A stretch of DNA of 64,000 nt. It comes from Hydrolagus colliei (Eukaryota). Numbering within the stretch: the first letter of the stretch is position 1; every line of letters begins with the position of its first letter. Below, piece after piece: positions 40,601-52,600 of the stretch. The stretch spans positions 12,710,001 to 12,774,000 of the forward strand of contig CM068752.1 in assembly GCA_035084275.1 (NCBI GenBank), read 5' to 3'. Below the pieces are notes generated by a model, which worked only from the letters and a program-made list of their open reading frames with translations, did not search any database and was not told the DNA's origin. The position numbers were made by a program, and so were the translations under genes.

Positions 40601-43600
40601 GTGTTTTTGGGCAGGGGAAGAAGGGAACATGCTACATGCCATTCTCCCAATGTCATTTGACTGATCACAGAGAGTATTGGTTTGATTGTTTTGGCTTTCC
40701 TGCTGAAGTAGGCTTTCCTCTGGGAAGAATAGTGGGATCAATTTTTCTTTTTCACTGATCCCGCCCAGAGTTAATACCAGTGCTCTTTCATGTAGTGATG
40801 GTGGAGCTAGTTCCACTGTCCCGCACTTTATGCTGCCTTTTGTACCAGTTTGAACACTTTATCTTTTGTACCACTTTCACCAAAGAAAGCAAGGAAGACG
40901 CATTCTCCTGGTTTCCAAGACTATGCTTTAACAGATTATTTTTTTGCTGTAATGGTCCTGTAGCTCAGTGATTAGAGCACTCGCCTCGCAAGCTGTGTTC
41001 AAATCCAGGCAGGTCAAGGTGAAACATTGGGCAAGTTTCCTTACTCTACATGCCTAATAATAATCCCTCAAAAAAGTAGTAACTTTGTCTTTTCAATCCA
41101 CGACTGTTTGTGGGACACAGTCGTGCACAATTGTCTGTCACGTTTTGTCTACAAATATACAATCAGTTCAATTTACTGCACATCCTGTGAAGTGCTTTGA
41201 GACGTCTAGAAGATTTGAAAAGCGCTATATCAAAATGGATGGATTATTATGGTCCATCCCTCGAGTCAAGTTCACACTAACAAGTAAAATTATCACAATT
41301 TTACTGACCGGATTGTGGATCATCTTGATGGATTTTATTCAGCCTTATAATCAGCACCTGGCAAGGATGTCTGTTTGTCTAAAGTGTCTAACTTCTTTCC
41401 TGATGGGTTTTCAGTGCAGATCATTCCAATCACACAAAGCAGTATTTTTCATTTATCTGAGAATTTCCGAGTCCATTGGAAAAACATGAATAGTGTTTAA
41501 ATTTGTGTGAAAGAGTCAGACTATCAGTGATGTGATGTGTTTCAGACTCTCCATGCCTCTTTATTTGGAAGATGGTGAAATCAAAATATTTTGTAGTGCT
41601 TTATAATTTTAAAATGGCTCAAAGCTCTTCACAGGTAAACACCAGTAGGTATAGTGACTTTTTGTAGGTGCTTCTAGTAGACATTTACAGCAGCCACAAA
41701 CTGCTAATGAAGTGAATGACTAATGTACGTGGAGAATTGTTGCTCAGAACACTGAGAGAAACTCCTTTCTCTTTTCACCTGGACAGACCGAGATTTCAGG
41801 TTAATGCCTCGCGCACGAAACAATGAGACTGTCCCCCATTGTTACATTGGAATGTCAGTCCAGACTCAGCTCAAGTCCTTGAACTCGTGACCATCTGACC
41901 CTAATTGGGGCACATGTGAATTTTGTACTCCTGGGTGGACTGAAGTCAGGATGAAAGGAATTCTGAAATGTCTGCGTTTGAGTGTTAAGATTCTTCCCTC
42001 TTAACCTGCCCACCCAGCATCGATTTCTTCATCCTAAACTAATGTTATTTCTTTGTTCTGACATCTGTTTTCACTCCTTTGCCAATCTAAATTCTGTCTC
42101 TTACAAAAAAAAAAGTTTTCCTTTGTGGAGAGATTACCAGCGCCTTGTTCATTTACATTTCAGCTGCAATTTTCAGCTTCTCAAAAACTTCACAAAATTT
42201 CCCGAAGTGCTCAAAGACGACAGTGAGTCACAAGATTAAAATGTGCACCTGTGCTGATGCTATTCACTGGTAAATCAGTGATCCATTCTGAAATCTCTCG
42301 ACCCGTTCATCAAACCTTTTCTAGTGATTTTAAAAACAAACTTGCTACATTGATGTAAGAATTGCACAATGATTGGAACATTTAAATAATGTCAGAAAGG
42401 AATTGGATGATTTTGTATGCATTCTCCATGTGTCTTTTTGGGCTATGCCAAGGCATTTAAATACGTAATACAAGTGTCTGTGGACTTGGACAGAAAATTG
42501 CCCTCTTCAATTGTTCCTCTAGACCTGTATCCTCAGAAGATTAATCCTGCCCTTAATTCCAAACTAAACTTCATGTGTATCTGGAATTGTCCTAATTTTA
42601 TATATTGTAAATAATATATTTAAATATATTTTGACATACCTGTGGTTCTGAATTCTTTAACCTTCCCTGCCTATCTCTTAAGACTCACTAAACCTGAACA
42701 GAACCTTGATGTCAGATCCCAACCTCACTTATCCCCAGATTGGATAGGCTTAAGGACGTTCTTCATCCAAACCGATCTTATGAGGTTTTCCAAATCAAAT
42801 CCAAATCACATTGTCAACACAAATGTGTACATAGTTGCCTAATCGTTGCTGATCTGTTCCCATTACAATTAGGTTATGGTGTAGAGCAATATTCTTTGAA
42901 AGGTTAGAAACTGATTTACTTAAATAACATGTATTTACAACGATAAGATAATTTTTTAGCTAGTTTTCTCATAATGTATTTGCCATTTTTGAAGAGCAAT
43001 TTGGTGTTGATACCATTCAAAATTTTGGATATAATGTAAAATGATATTCATACCCAAAATGAATTTAATAAAAAAAATTATTATAATAATCCTCACATTT
43101 GATAATGTGCCTTATCCCATAGTTGAGTGATCTCAAAGCTCTTCACAGTATGTACTGTAAAATGAACTATCTGTATTTTGTGGTTGAAACGCAGCAGACA
43201 ATTATGCGCAACAATGTCCTCACAGCCATGAAGGGAGTGATCAATTTTATTGGAGGATTTGTTGGCCATGATGCTGAGAGGAATTCTATTCCCATTTCAA
43301 ATAGTGTAATGGGATCTTTACTATACACCTGAACAGGCAGATGGGATCTCTGTTTACATCTCACTGAAAGATAGCACCTCCATCAATGCTTGTTGGAGAT
43401 CCTACTGTACTGTATTGGAGAGTCATCTTCGACTCATTCCGGGTGCTGACCTGGGGCTTGAACTCAAACCTGACTCAGAAGCAAGGATGCTACTAGCACT
43501 GCGCCAGGCTGACATTCTCACATGACTTTAGCGAATGATGCATCATAATTCATAGAGTTACCAACACTTAGTTTATGGAAACCCACTGATATTTCACTCT

Positions 43601-46600
43601 CCATATTGAGTTTCTCGTTTAAATTAAAAAATATATATAAGCACCCATATCCAAAAATTCATTGGCTTCTAATGTTCGGCCTTAGGCTCCGCTATTGTGC
43701 AGCGCTCAGAGACGTATGGGGGGCGCCAGATAAATGCAAGTTGTTGTACAAGCAATAGTCGATTAGAAGACTGCAGTAGAATGACCACGTTAGGAATATT
43801 CAGTGCCACTGAGTCAAAATATTCTGAGATTAAGATTTAAAAAAATAATAGATTGATCATTTCAATCAACGACTGCTTGTGGAGCATTGCTGTGCGCGAT
43901 TGGCTGCCGTGTTTTGCCCTCAAATATTCAATCAATTCACTTTACATATTCAGTGAAGGCTTTGACTTGTCTAGAAGACGTGAAAAGCGCTATATCAAAT
44001 GCAAGGATTATTATTATAATAGTGCACCACAAACTGTTATTCCTTTTGTGTAGCTGTAATTGCTACCCATCTTGGCTGATGTTCCAGTGCTAGGGCAGGG
44101 CTGCACTGTCAGAGAGGGTGTCTTTTGGATGAGATGTTAAACTAAAATCCGAATTGGACATTAAAGATCCTGTAACTGGCTATTTGAAAAGAGCAGGGAA
44201 TTTTTCCTGATGTGTTGGCCTACAGTCCCCAAGATAAAATGAGTCATTCCGGATTGTAACTTGTAAATCTTCATTGTGTGATTGAGTAGCCGGAACATAC
44301 TTACAAGCATCCTGCCATTTGACAAATGAAGAACAGGTTGGATCGTTGCCAGATTTCGATCTTCAACCTTGTCCCTTAGTAATCCCACTAGTTTTCTTTT
44401 TGCCAAGACAGTATATACAGTACATACAGAATTAAATAAAGACACATCCGAGTTCTGCAAGGTGCACAGGAAATTCAGTGTGCAGAAGGCCTGACCTGCA
44501 CACTGAAGGCTGGAATATGCAGCAGATGGATTTTCTCAGTGTAATTTTAATTAACTGATTAGTTCACCTGAGGGGAAGTGTACACCATGAGGGGCTTGTA
44601 GCATATTTAACTGAAATTCTTCATTTTGATTCCCTCGTCTCTACACCCATAAATGGTTGCTGGAAAAATGTATGCTGTTTGTGGGCTAACAACGAGTAGC
44701 TTGAAGAGCCCAGCTGCATGATAACATTTGGCTGCTGAGCCACATTTTGACTAGCCTCCTATCCTCTAAAATCACCTATTATGCCCCACCACCACCATTT
44801 ATTAGTGATGGAGTGGCATTGGGTATAGTGCCTTAATATGGTCTGTTATAATAATCCTTGCATTTGATATCGCGCCTTATCACTTTGTCAAGGTTTCTCA
44901 AAGCACTTCACAGGATTTACTGCAAAAGGTTCTGGCTTCTGACTGCTGCAGACTGCAAGTGTTGTCTGGCCAAGCAGGAAATAAATAGGTGGAGAAATTT
45001 AAAGGATCAATTATTATACTTTCCTTTATTTATTTTTTAAAACGTATTTCCAACTCTTAGGTTGTCTTGTGTTACACATCACACGACCAAGTGACTAATC
45101 TCGTACCCTCTAATTCCCCTTTAACTGATCCAGATTGGTCTGGGTGCAGCTTTCCTCCTATACTGCTACTTATAGCAGTTTTCTTTCTCCATATCCTCAG
45201 TAATGTTGCAAAGGTACAAATTGAAGCAGGATTGAGAATCGATTGTCATTCATTCATTTGTCTTCTCTATTCAACCCTGAGTTGTCCCCCCCCCCCCCCC
45301 CCCCCCCCACACCTCACTTGCATTCTGCTAGGTCTTTAATATGCTGATGAATGGTGTAGCAGTGAGGTAAATTGTTTACCTCTGTTGATGATCTATTGTG
45401 TTTTTATAGCATGATGCAGTCTATGAAAGTCTTATATTTATTCTAAATATTACTCCTGGTTTTGTTTTTCAGACTATAGAATCTAATTGGAGGTGTGGGA
45501 GACACAATCTCCAGAGAATCCAGTGTCGGTCTGAAAACAGCAAAGGAGTTTATTGCCTGCAGTATGACGATGACAAAATAATCAGTGGTCTTCGAGATAA
45601 CTCAATCAAAGTTAGTAATGAGAGTTTCTGAGGATGTGAATCATTTCATTCAACGGGCACCCTAGCAACTTAAAATACAATGGATGCGTTTTTTTTAAAC
45701 GCAACCAGTGTTTCATTGATGCTTCACCTTTGCTTGTGTTGCAATGCACTGTAAGAGAGCCTCTCCCAGTGTGAATTATATTGATTTGCACATATATGTA
45801 CATTATATGTACAAGCCCACCCGGACCCTCCGTTCAACAGGACTTGGCCTGCTCCAAGCCCCCCGCCCGAACCGCCCCACCATCGGAGGCCGGGCCTTCA
45901 GTTTCTCCGCTCCCACCCTATGGAATGCCATCCCTCAATCCCTCCGTCTCGTTTCTTCCCTTTCCTCTTTCAAGGCCGACTTGAGGACTTTCCTCTTCGA
46001 TCGTGCCTTTTGTTCCACCCCAAATTTGTTTACCTCCCCTTCGTGTTTTACCCCTTCCCAAACACTCCCCTCTCAGCTCGGGTCACACGCCTCCTGTGCA
46101 GCGCCTTGGGACGTCCTCCCGACGTGAAAGGCGCTCTATAAATGCAATTTGTTGTTGTTGTTATTAGCACAGTATTACCGTATATCTCCGCGTATAAGGC
46201 GCAACCGCGTATAAGGCGCACCACCCGTTTTTGACCTTTTCTTGGTGAAAAAAAACGGAAGCATTTTCAATGATATTGCCGGCAGAAGGGAGGAGAGACA
46301 GGAGAGACAGGTAGGTAGGGAGAGAGGCAGGCAGGGAGGGAGGGAGGGAGGGAGAGCGGCAGCCTGGGAAAGAGAGAGGCAGGCAGGCAGGCACGCAGGC
46401 AGGGAGGGAGGGAGGGAGGGAGAGCGGCAGGCCGGCAGCCCGGGAGAGAGGGAGGGAGAGCGGCAGGTCGGCAGGTCGGGAGAGAGAGAGGGAGAGAGGG
46501 AGAGAGGCAGGCCGGCAGCCTGGGAGAGAGAGAGGGAGAGAGGCAGGCCGGCAGCCCGGGAGAGAGAGAGAGAGGGAGAGCGGCAGGTCGGCAGCCCGGG

Positions 46601-49600
46601 AGAGAGGGAGGGAGAGAGGGAGAGCGGCAGCCCGGGAGAGAGAGAGGCAGGTCGGCAGCCCGGGAGAGAGAGAGGGAGAGCGGCAGGTCGGCAGCCCGGG
46701 AGAGAGAGAGAGAGAGGCAGGCCGGCAGCCTGGGAGAGAGAGAGGGAGAGAGGCAGGTCGGCAGCCCGGGAGAGAGAGAGGGAGAGAGAGGGGGAGAGCG
46801 GCAGGTCGGCAGCCTGGGAGAGAGAGAGGGAGAGAGGCAGGCCGGCTGGCAGGGAGGGAGAGAGAGCGGCAGGGAGGGAGGCAGGCAGACTGGGTTCAGC
46901 AGAAGGTAAGCTCAGCACTGAAGTCCGCTGCTGCTGCCGCTGCCCGGGCGGCCGAGGCCGAAGCCCCGTCACCCGCTCCTCCCAACCCCTGCCGGACACT
47001 GACCAAACCCCGGCTGACAGCGCGCCGGCCGCCCCTCCTGTTTACTGTATCTCCGAGGCTCAAAATTGCTTGTATCTGCGTATAGGGCGCACCCCCAACT
47101 TTCGAGATCTTCCGACCTGAAAAAAAGTGCGCCTTATACGCGGAGATATACGGTAGTCAGCTTCACTCGATACTGTTGCACATAAATTACTAGAGGCTAT
47201 TTTTAATGTTAATTCTCAGAAGAGTTGTAGCATGGAGGAGGCCATTTGGCCAAATATGTCAAAAGCTCAACCTAGCACTGGAACACCCATCACCATGCTT
47301 AAGAATATCCAAATCAAACAGTTTGCATCCCACATTTACATGGAAATTCCATAGCTGTTTATTGGAATGGAATGTGCACGTTCTCCCTTGAGGGACACAT
47401 CCTGCTTATCTAATTCCAGAAAGTATTAGGTAAAGATTGGCAAGAGCCAAAGCTTGGGGACCCTACTGGAGTCTTAACTATCAACGCCTTGGGACGTCCT
47501 CCCGACGTGAAAAGCACTCTAGAAATGTAATTTTGTATTTTGTTTGATGTTGCCATTCAGAGCACTACCGTGCAAGCTTTCTCACTGCTTATCCAGCTAG
47601 GACCTCTTTCCCCTAGCGTTTGGACTTTGGCTTGCAGGGTTAATGGGAGCTGAATGGGAAGAAGCTCTGCTCCCAGTGACTGGTCTGCCCCTCCAAGTCC
47701 TGCTGATGTGCTCTCTGTGCTATCATCAGCATTTCCCTGAGGTACCTCAGATCTCGCTCAGTAGATGTGCCACCAAGACAAGATAGTAGGCTAGATTCTG
47801 GCATTCCATTGCCATGCATGTCACCTTGGAAATACTTTAGCTCTAAGGAGATCTCATTTAACTTCTCCCCCCCACTCCCCCTCCCATAGTCCCAATTGGT
47901 CAGTTGACATCTGTAAAGCCCTCACTAGGTGGACAGTAGGTGCCAGGAATTCTGTGAAAGTGTCCGGGTTAGCAACGCAACTCAGCATAAATTGCGTGGG
48001 GCCTCTGCCACCATCTTCTCGGAGCGCAGACACATGTCCCTTCCCAGTGAGCGATGATTCCACCAGTTAAAAGTGCAAAGTTTAAAGCAGTAGGTGTCCA
48101 CGGGCCAATCAATGTGGAGTCAGGCACTGGATGTACAAACAGGCGTTCACAAACTTGGACTCCAGGTAACACCTGCCAGCAGCTGTTGCCAAAGCTGTAG
48201 TTTTCTCATCATCTGTCTGACATGAATGTGATGTGTAAGACTGTGGCAACTAAGCTTACCCTCTCCTGTCAGTTTAGATCAGTTTGGTAGCATTGTTTCT
48301 CAAGTTCAGGAGGAATCAAGCCTCATGTCTACTTGACAGGACGGAGTTAGATGACATTCTTGTATAGTGCTTGGTGAGTCCCCCAGTGTTGGAAATGCCT
48401 TCCTTCAGATGAGAGATGCTCTCGCTCAGGTCTTATCTACCTTTTCAATTAGACAGTGAGGATCTCACGATAATATTAGAAAGGAGGAGGAATTTTCTCC
48501 CTGGGTTCTGGCTGACAGTAATTCAGATTCAATTGTTCAAGGCTGCTTCAGAAACCATGCTGTGCATAAGATGGCTGCTACAATACTACAGAATCAGCCG
48601 TTTGACTTGACAGTAATCAGTTTTTGGGTTGTAGATTGAATTATATGGTTTTAAACAACTAGGTTTAGGACACTAATTTTTCACAGACAGTTCTTTTGTA
48701 GCATTAGTATTTATTTTGACTTCTGGTTGGTATCTACAGATTTGGGACAAACAGACACTGGAATGTTTGACAGTACTTACGGGTCACACAGGTTCGGTGC
48801 TGTGCCTGCAGTATGATGAGAGAGTTATTGTCACTGGATCTTCGGATTCAACAGTAAGGTAAGGAATCCATGAAAGTTAGTAGCCTGTTAAAGGGACTTT
48901 GTCTTCACCTGAAAGTCTTGGCAGATTTTTTTTTACTGATGTCTTCTACACAATAGGAGCATAAAATGGACAAGTGGTTTGATGATGCGTTCCGACACAG
49001 TTCTGATCTTCACTTGGATTTGCAGAACTTTCAAGGAGGCTTAGCCCTCAATAATGTGTAGATATCCAGGCTAAAGGGTGATTATCCTCATACCCCTGCT
49101 GTAGGACACTCGTGTGAATTGTGATCAGAAACTATTTCATTCCAAGGAAAGGCCAGAATCAAATTTGCCTAATATGAATGCCCATCTCCAAACTTCTGCT
49201 GTTATTATTCTGTTTTAGAGGTTGGTTACATTTTTGTTATCTTATCAAGTTTAAGAAGCAATTAATAATTCATTGTATTTTTTTTATAGGGTTTGGGATG
49301 TAAATACAGGAGATGTTCTGAACACATTAATTCACCACAATGAGGCAGTATTGCACCTTCGCTTCTGCAATGGACTAATGGTCACATGTTCAAAGGACCG
49401 ATCTATAGCAGTGTGGGATATGGCCTCGCCAACTGACATCACTCTGCGACGGGTGTTGGTTGGTCACCGGGCAGCAGTTAACGTGGTGGACTTTGATGAC
49501 AAGTACATTGTATCGGCGTCAGGTGACCGAACAATTAAGGTGAGTTTGGTTTTGCTCCTTGTTGCTTCATGTCAGTATTGATTTGTTACTGATGATGAAT

Positions 49601-52600
49601 CCAAGCCAGATGGGCTGGCAGAGTGTAGCCAATAGGTCTAAAAGGTGAGATTAAACAAAACTATTTTACATAAAGGGTGGTAAGAATGTAGAACCTATGC
49701 CAGAAAATGAGATTGAAGCAGACAAAATTAACATATTTAAACAATAAGTTGCATTTATTTAGTGCTTTTCGCATTGGGAGGATGACTCAAGGCGCTGGAC
49801 AGTCAGGAGTCCCTAAGAAGAAACTCAATTAAATTAATTAAATTGATTAACTTAAAATTAAGACAAAAACGTAATGTCTAAGAAAGGAGTAGGGGTTTGG
49901 GAGAGGGGATTGGGTCGTGCTGTGTAAATACTGGTGCAGAGTCGTTTCCGTGCTTCAGCATTCTATGTAATTCTCTCACTCCAGTTTTTTTATAGTGTGC
50001 TCAAATAAAACTTACCCACATGAATCAGAACCACATTTGGCTTTTAAAAATCTGGCGGTCTAGTCTAGACCCAAGTCCTCTGAGCAATTGGTAAAAGCTA
50101 TTTTTTGACAAGGAGAGTGCAGATTTCAGTGCTCTCCTCCCAAACAAATAAACATGCTGAAACTAATATTAAGCTATTTAAAAAAAACACACACACAAGG
50201 CCCAAATCCTACGCTGGAATCACTGTGGCTATCCTATTTGCCCTCCCATCACTTTGTCTGCACTTCTCACTCTTTAGGGCCGAATCACTGGCATTATCAC
50301 CCAAACATCTTGCATTTGAGTTTCCCTATTGTGTGCACAACACCCAATAAAATGCACCCATCCTTCTCCAACATTCTCTTACAGCCCATCACCTCATCTT
50401 CAATGATGCATTGATTTGGTCCCACCTTCCATTTTCTCAACCTTCCAGGCCTCTCTCCAACTTACATTTTTCTTCCCTCAAATCCAGGCTTTGATCTTTT
50501 CTGCATCACTCGCAAACCCTCATCATCTCCAAACCCTCATTCGTTCTTTCATCACCTCCAGACTCAACTTTCCAAATGCCTTCCTCTGAAGTCCCCCCAG
50601 CTACAATGTCCATCAGATCAGTTTCATCCAAAACTCCACAGCCCACATACTGAAATCTGCATGTCAGTTTTGTGTGGTCAGCCGGTGTCTTGACACTTGT
50701 AGAAACCCATCACTATGCTTAAAAGTATCCAAACCAAACTCCAGAAATCCATGCACCACACCTACATATGGGAATTACAGAGATACTTACAATGTAAAAT
50801 ATATAAAATCCTAAGCTACTCTACATGAAGTACATGATATAAATTCAAGTACATAATTATTGTAAGGCCTAAAATTTACCAGTGTTACATTTTTGTTCAA
50901 CTCGCCACCGTCAACTTCCAAGTCTGAATGCTCAGAGCCTGAGTGCAGAGAAGGTGATGCCTCTGACTGGTGTATATGAGAACGTTCATAGAAACCTATT
51001 CAGAAATCCTCCAAATGTTACTGCGTAAATCCACTTTGTCATAGTTCATTTGTTTAAAATGTGCAGCTGTACATGTGATGCAGTTTATGCCCTCAACGTT
51101 CATCATGGCCTTGTTCCCATCCACATCTACCTTTTCTTTGTATTAATGCCTGCAGGTGTGGAGCACAAGTACATGTGAGTTTGTGCGCACGTTAAACGGC
51201 CACAAACGTGGTATAGCGTGTCTACAGTATCGGGATCGATTGGTCGTCAGCGGATCGTCAGACAACACCATAAGGTAGAGAGTCATCAGATTTATACCAG
51301 GGTTTGAAGCAATTACATTGGTATTTCTCAGCAGTCCTTACCAAATTGTCCTTGCCGTATACATTGTCTTACCACAATTAGGTAAGCAGGAGGCGTCCCT
51401 CCAGGAAGAGAGTGTCCGTTCCATTTCAACAAACTGATCTCTGGGATTTCCATGTTAGGTGGGATGCATGGAAATCTCATTTTGGCTTGGATACTCCTAA
51501 CCATGGTGATGGAGTTCCACATGTGTCCGCATGTCAGACACCAGGCTGACCAAAATAGAAGATAATGCATTGTCCCATAGATTGTCTCACAAAATTATCA
51601 TGCTATCAGTAACTATCACAACTTAGTTGAAATTAGTGAATTCTGTTTATTGAACCTTTAATATGTGTTTCTTGTTGCAGATTGTGGGATATAGAATGTG
51701 GAGCCTGTCTGAGAGTATTGGAAGGACACGAGGAGTTAGTTCGATGCATTCGATTTGACAACAAAAGGATTGTGAGCGGAGCTTATGACGGGTATGTCTC
51801 CATCAGTTAAAAGGACAACTTTCAGTTCTTGTTCGAGTTGCTGAAGGCTTATTTATTTTGATCTATAAATATTTGAGTGGATTATTTTGCCTCAATAATA
51901 GCGGTGAACTTTTCCTTGTTTCCTCTCCAGTAAAATCAAAGTTTGGGATCTTCAAGCTGCTCTGGATCCACGTGCCCCTGCGAGTACTTTGTGTCTACGC
52001 ACCTTGGTGGTATGTATCCCAAACTATAGACCTCAGTTGGCTCTTCGGGTATGCATTGCAGAAAGCTATGAATGGTTACAGGACAAGTGATTCTCAATAT
52101 ACAGTAATGCTACTTTTCAGTTTTGAAATCCTATTTTTATATTTGAGCATCGTAATCCAGTCAATAGAAATAATAACCTTTGTATTTGATATAGAGCCTT
52201 ATCACATTGTCAAGGCGTCTCAAAGCACTTCACAGGATATACTATATTTCACCAGCACAAAATTTTATGGAAATGTTAATGTTTTGTTGCTCAATTTGCC
52301 ACAAGAATTTAATCCAGTCCAAGTCCTCCAGCATGCATTTTTATCTGCTCATTACACACTCTTCTGTCAGTGATAGAGGTTTATAAGATCATGAAGGGTT
52401 TCGACAGGGCAAATAGAGAAAAACTATTTCCACTCGTGGGCGAATCTGTGACTCGTGGTCACAGATTTAAAATAGTTTCAAGGCGAAGTAGAGGGGAGCT
52501 GAGGAGAAATTTTTTCACTCAGCGAGTTGTTCGAATCTGGAATGCATTGCCTGAAAAGGTGGTGGAGGCTGATTCGATAACAACTTTTAAAAGGGAATTA

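Noticed and set aside
44474-44507. 12-bp hairpin ttcagtgtgcag/ctgcacactgaa
   Set aside because: Too short for a pre-miRNA and plausible by chance or as TE debris.
46175-47120. 292-aa (+) and 274-aa (-) low-complexity ORFs
   Set aside because: They are translations of the GA-rich minisatellite inside a TIR-bounded MITE; stop codons are absent because of base composition.
51858-52373. 171-aa ORF overlapping an FBXW11 exon in another frame
   Set aside because: Non-ATG start, runs through intron and SINE sequence, and has no recognisable domain.
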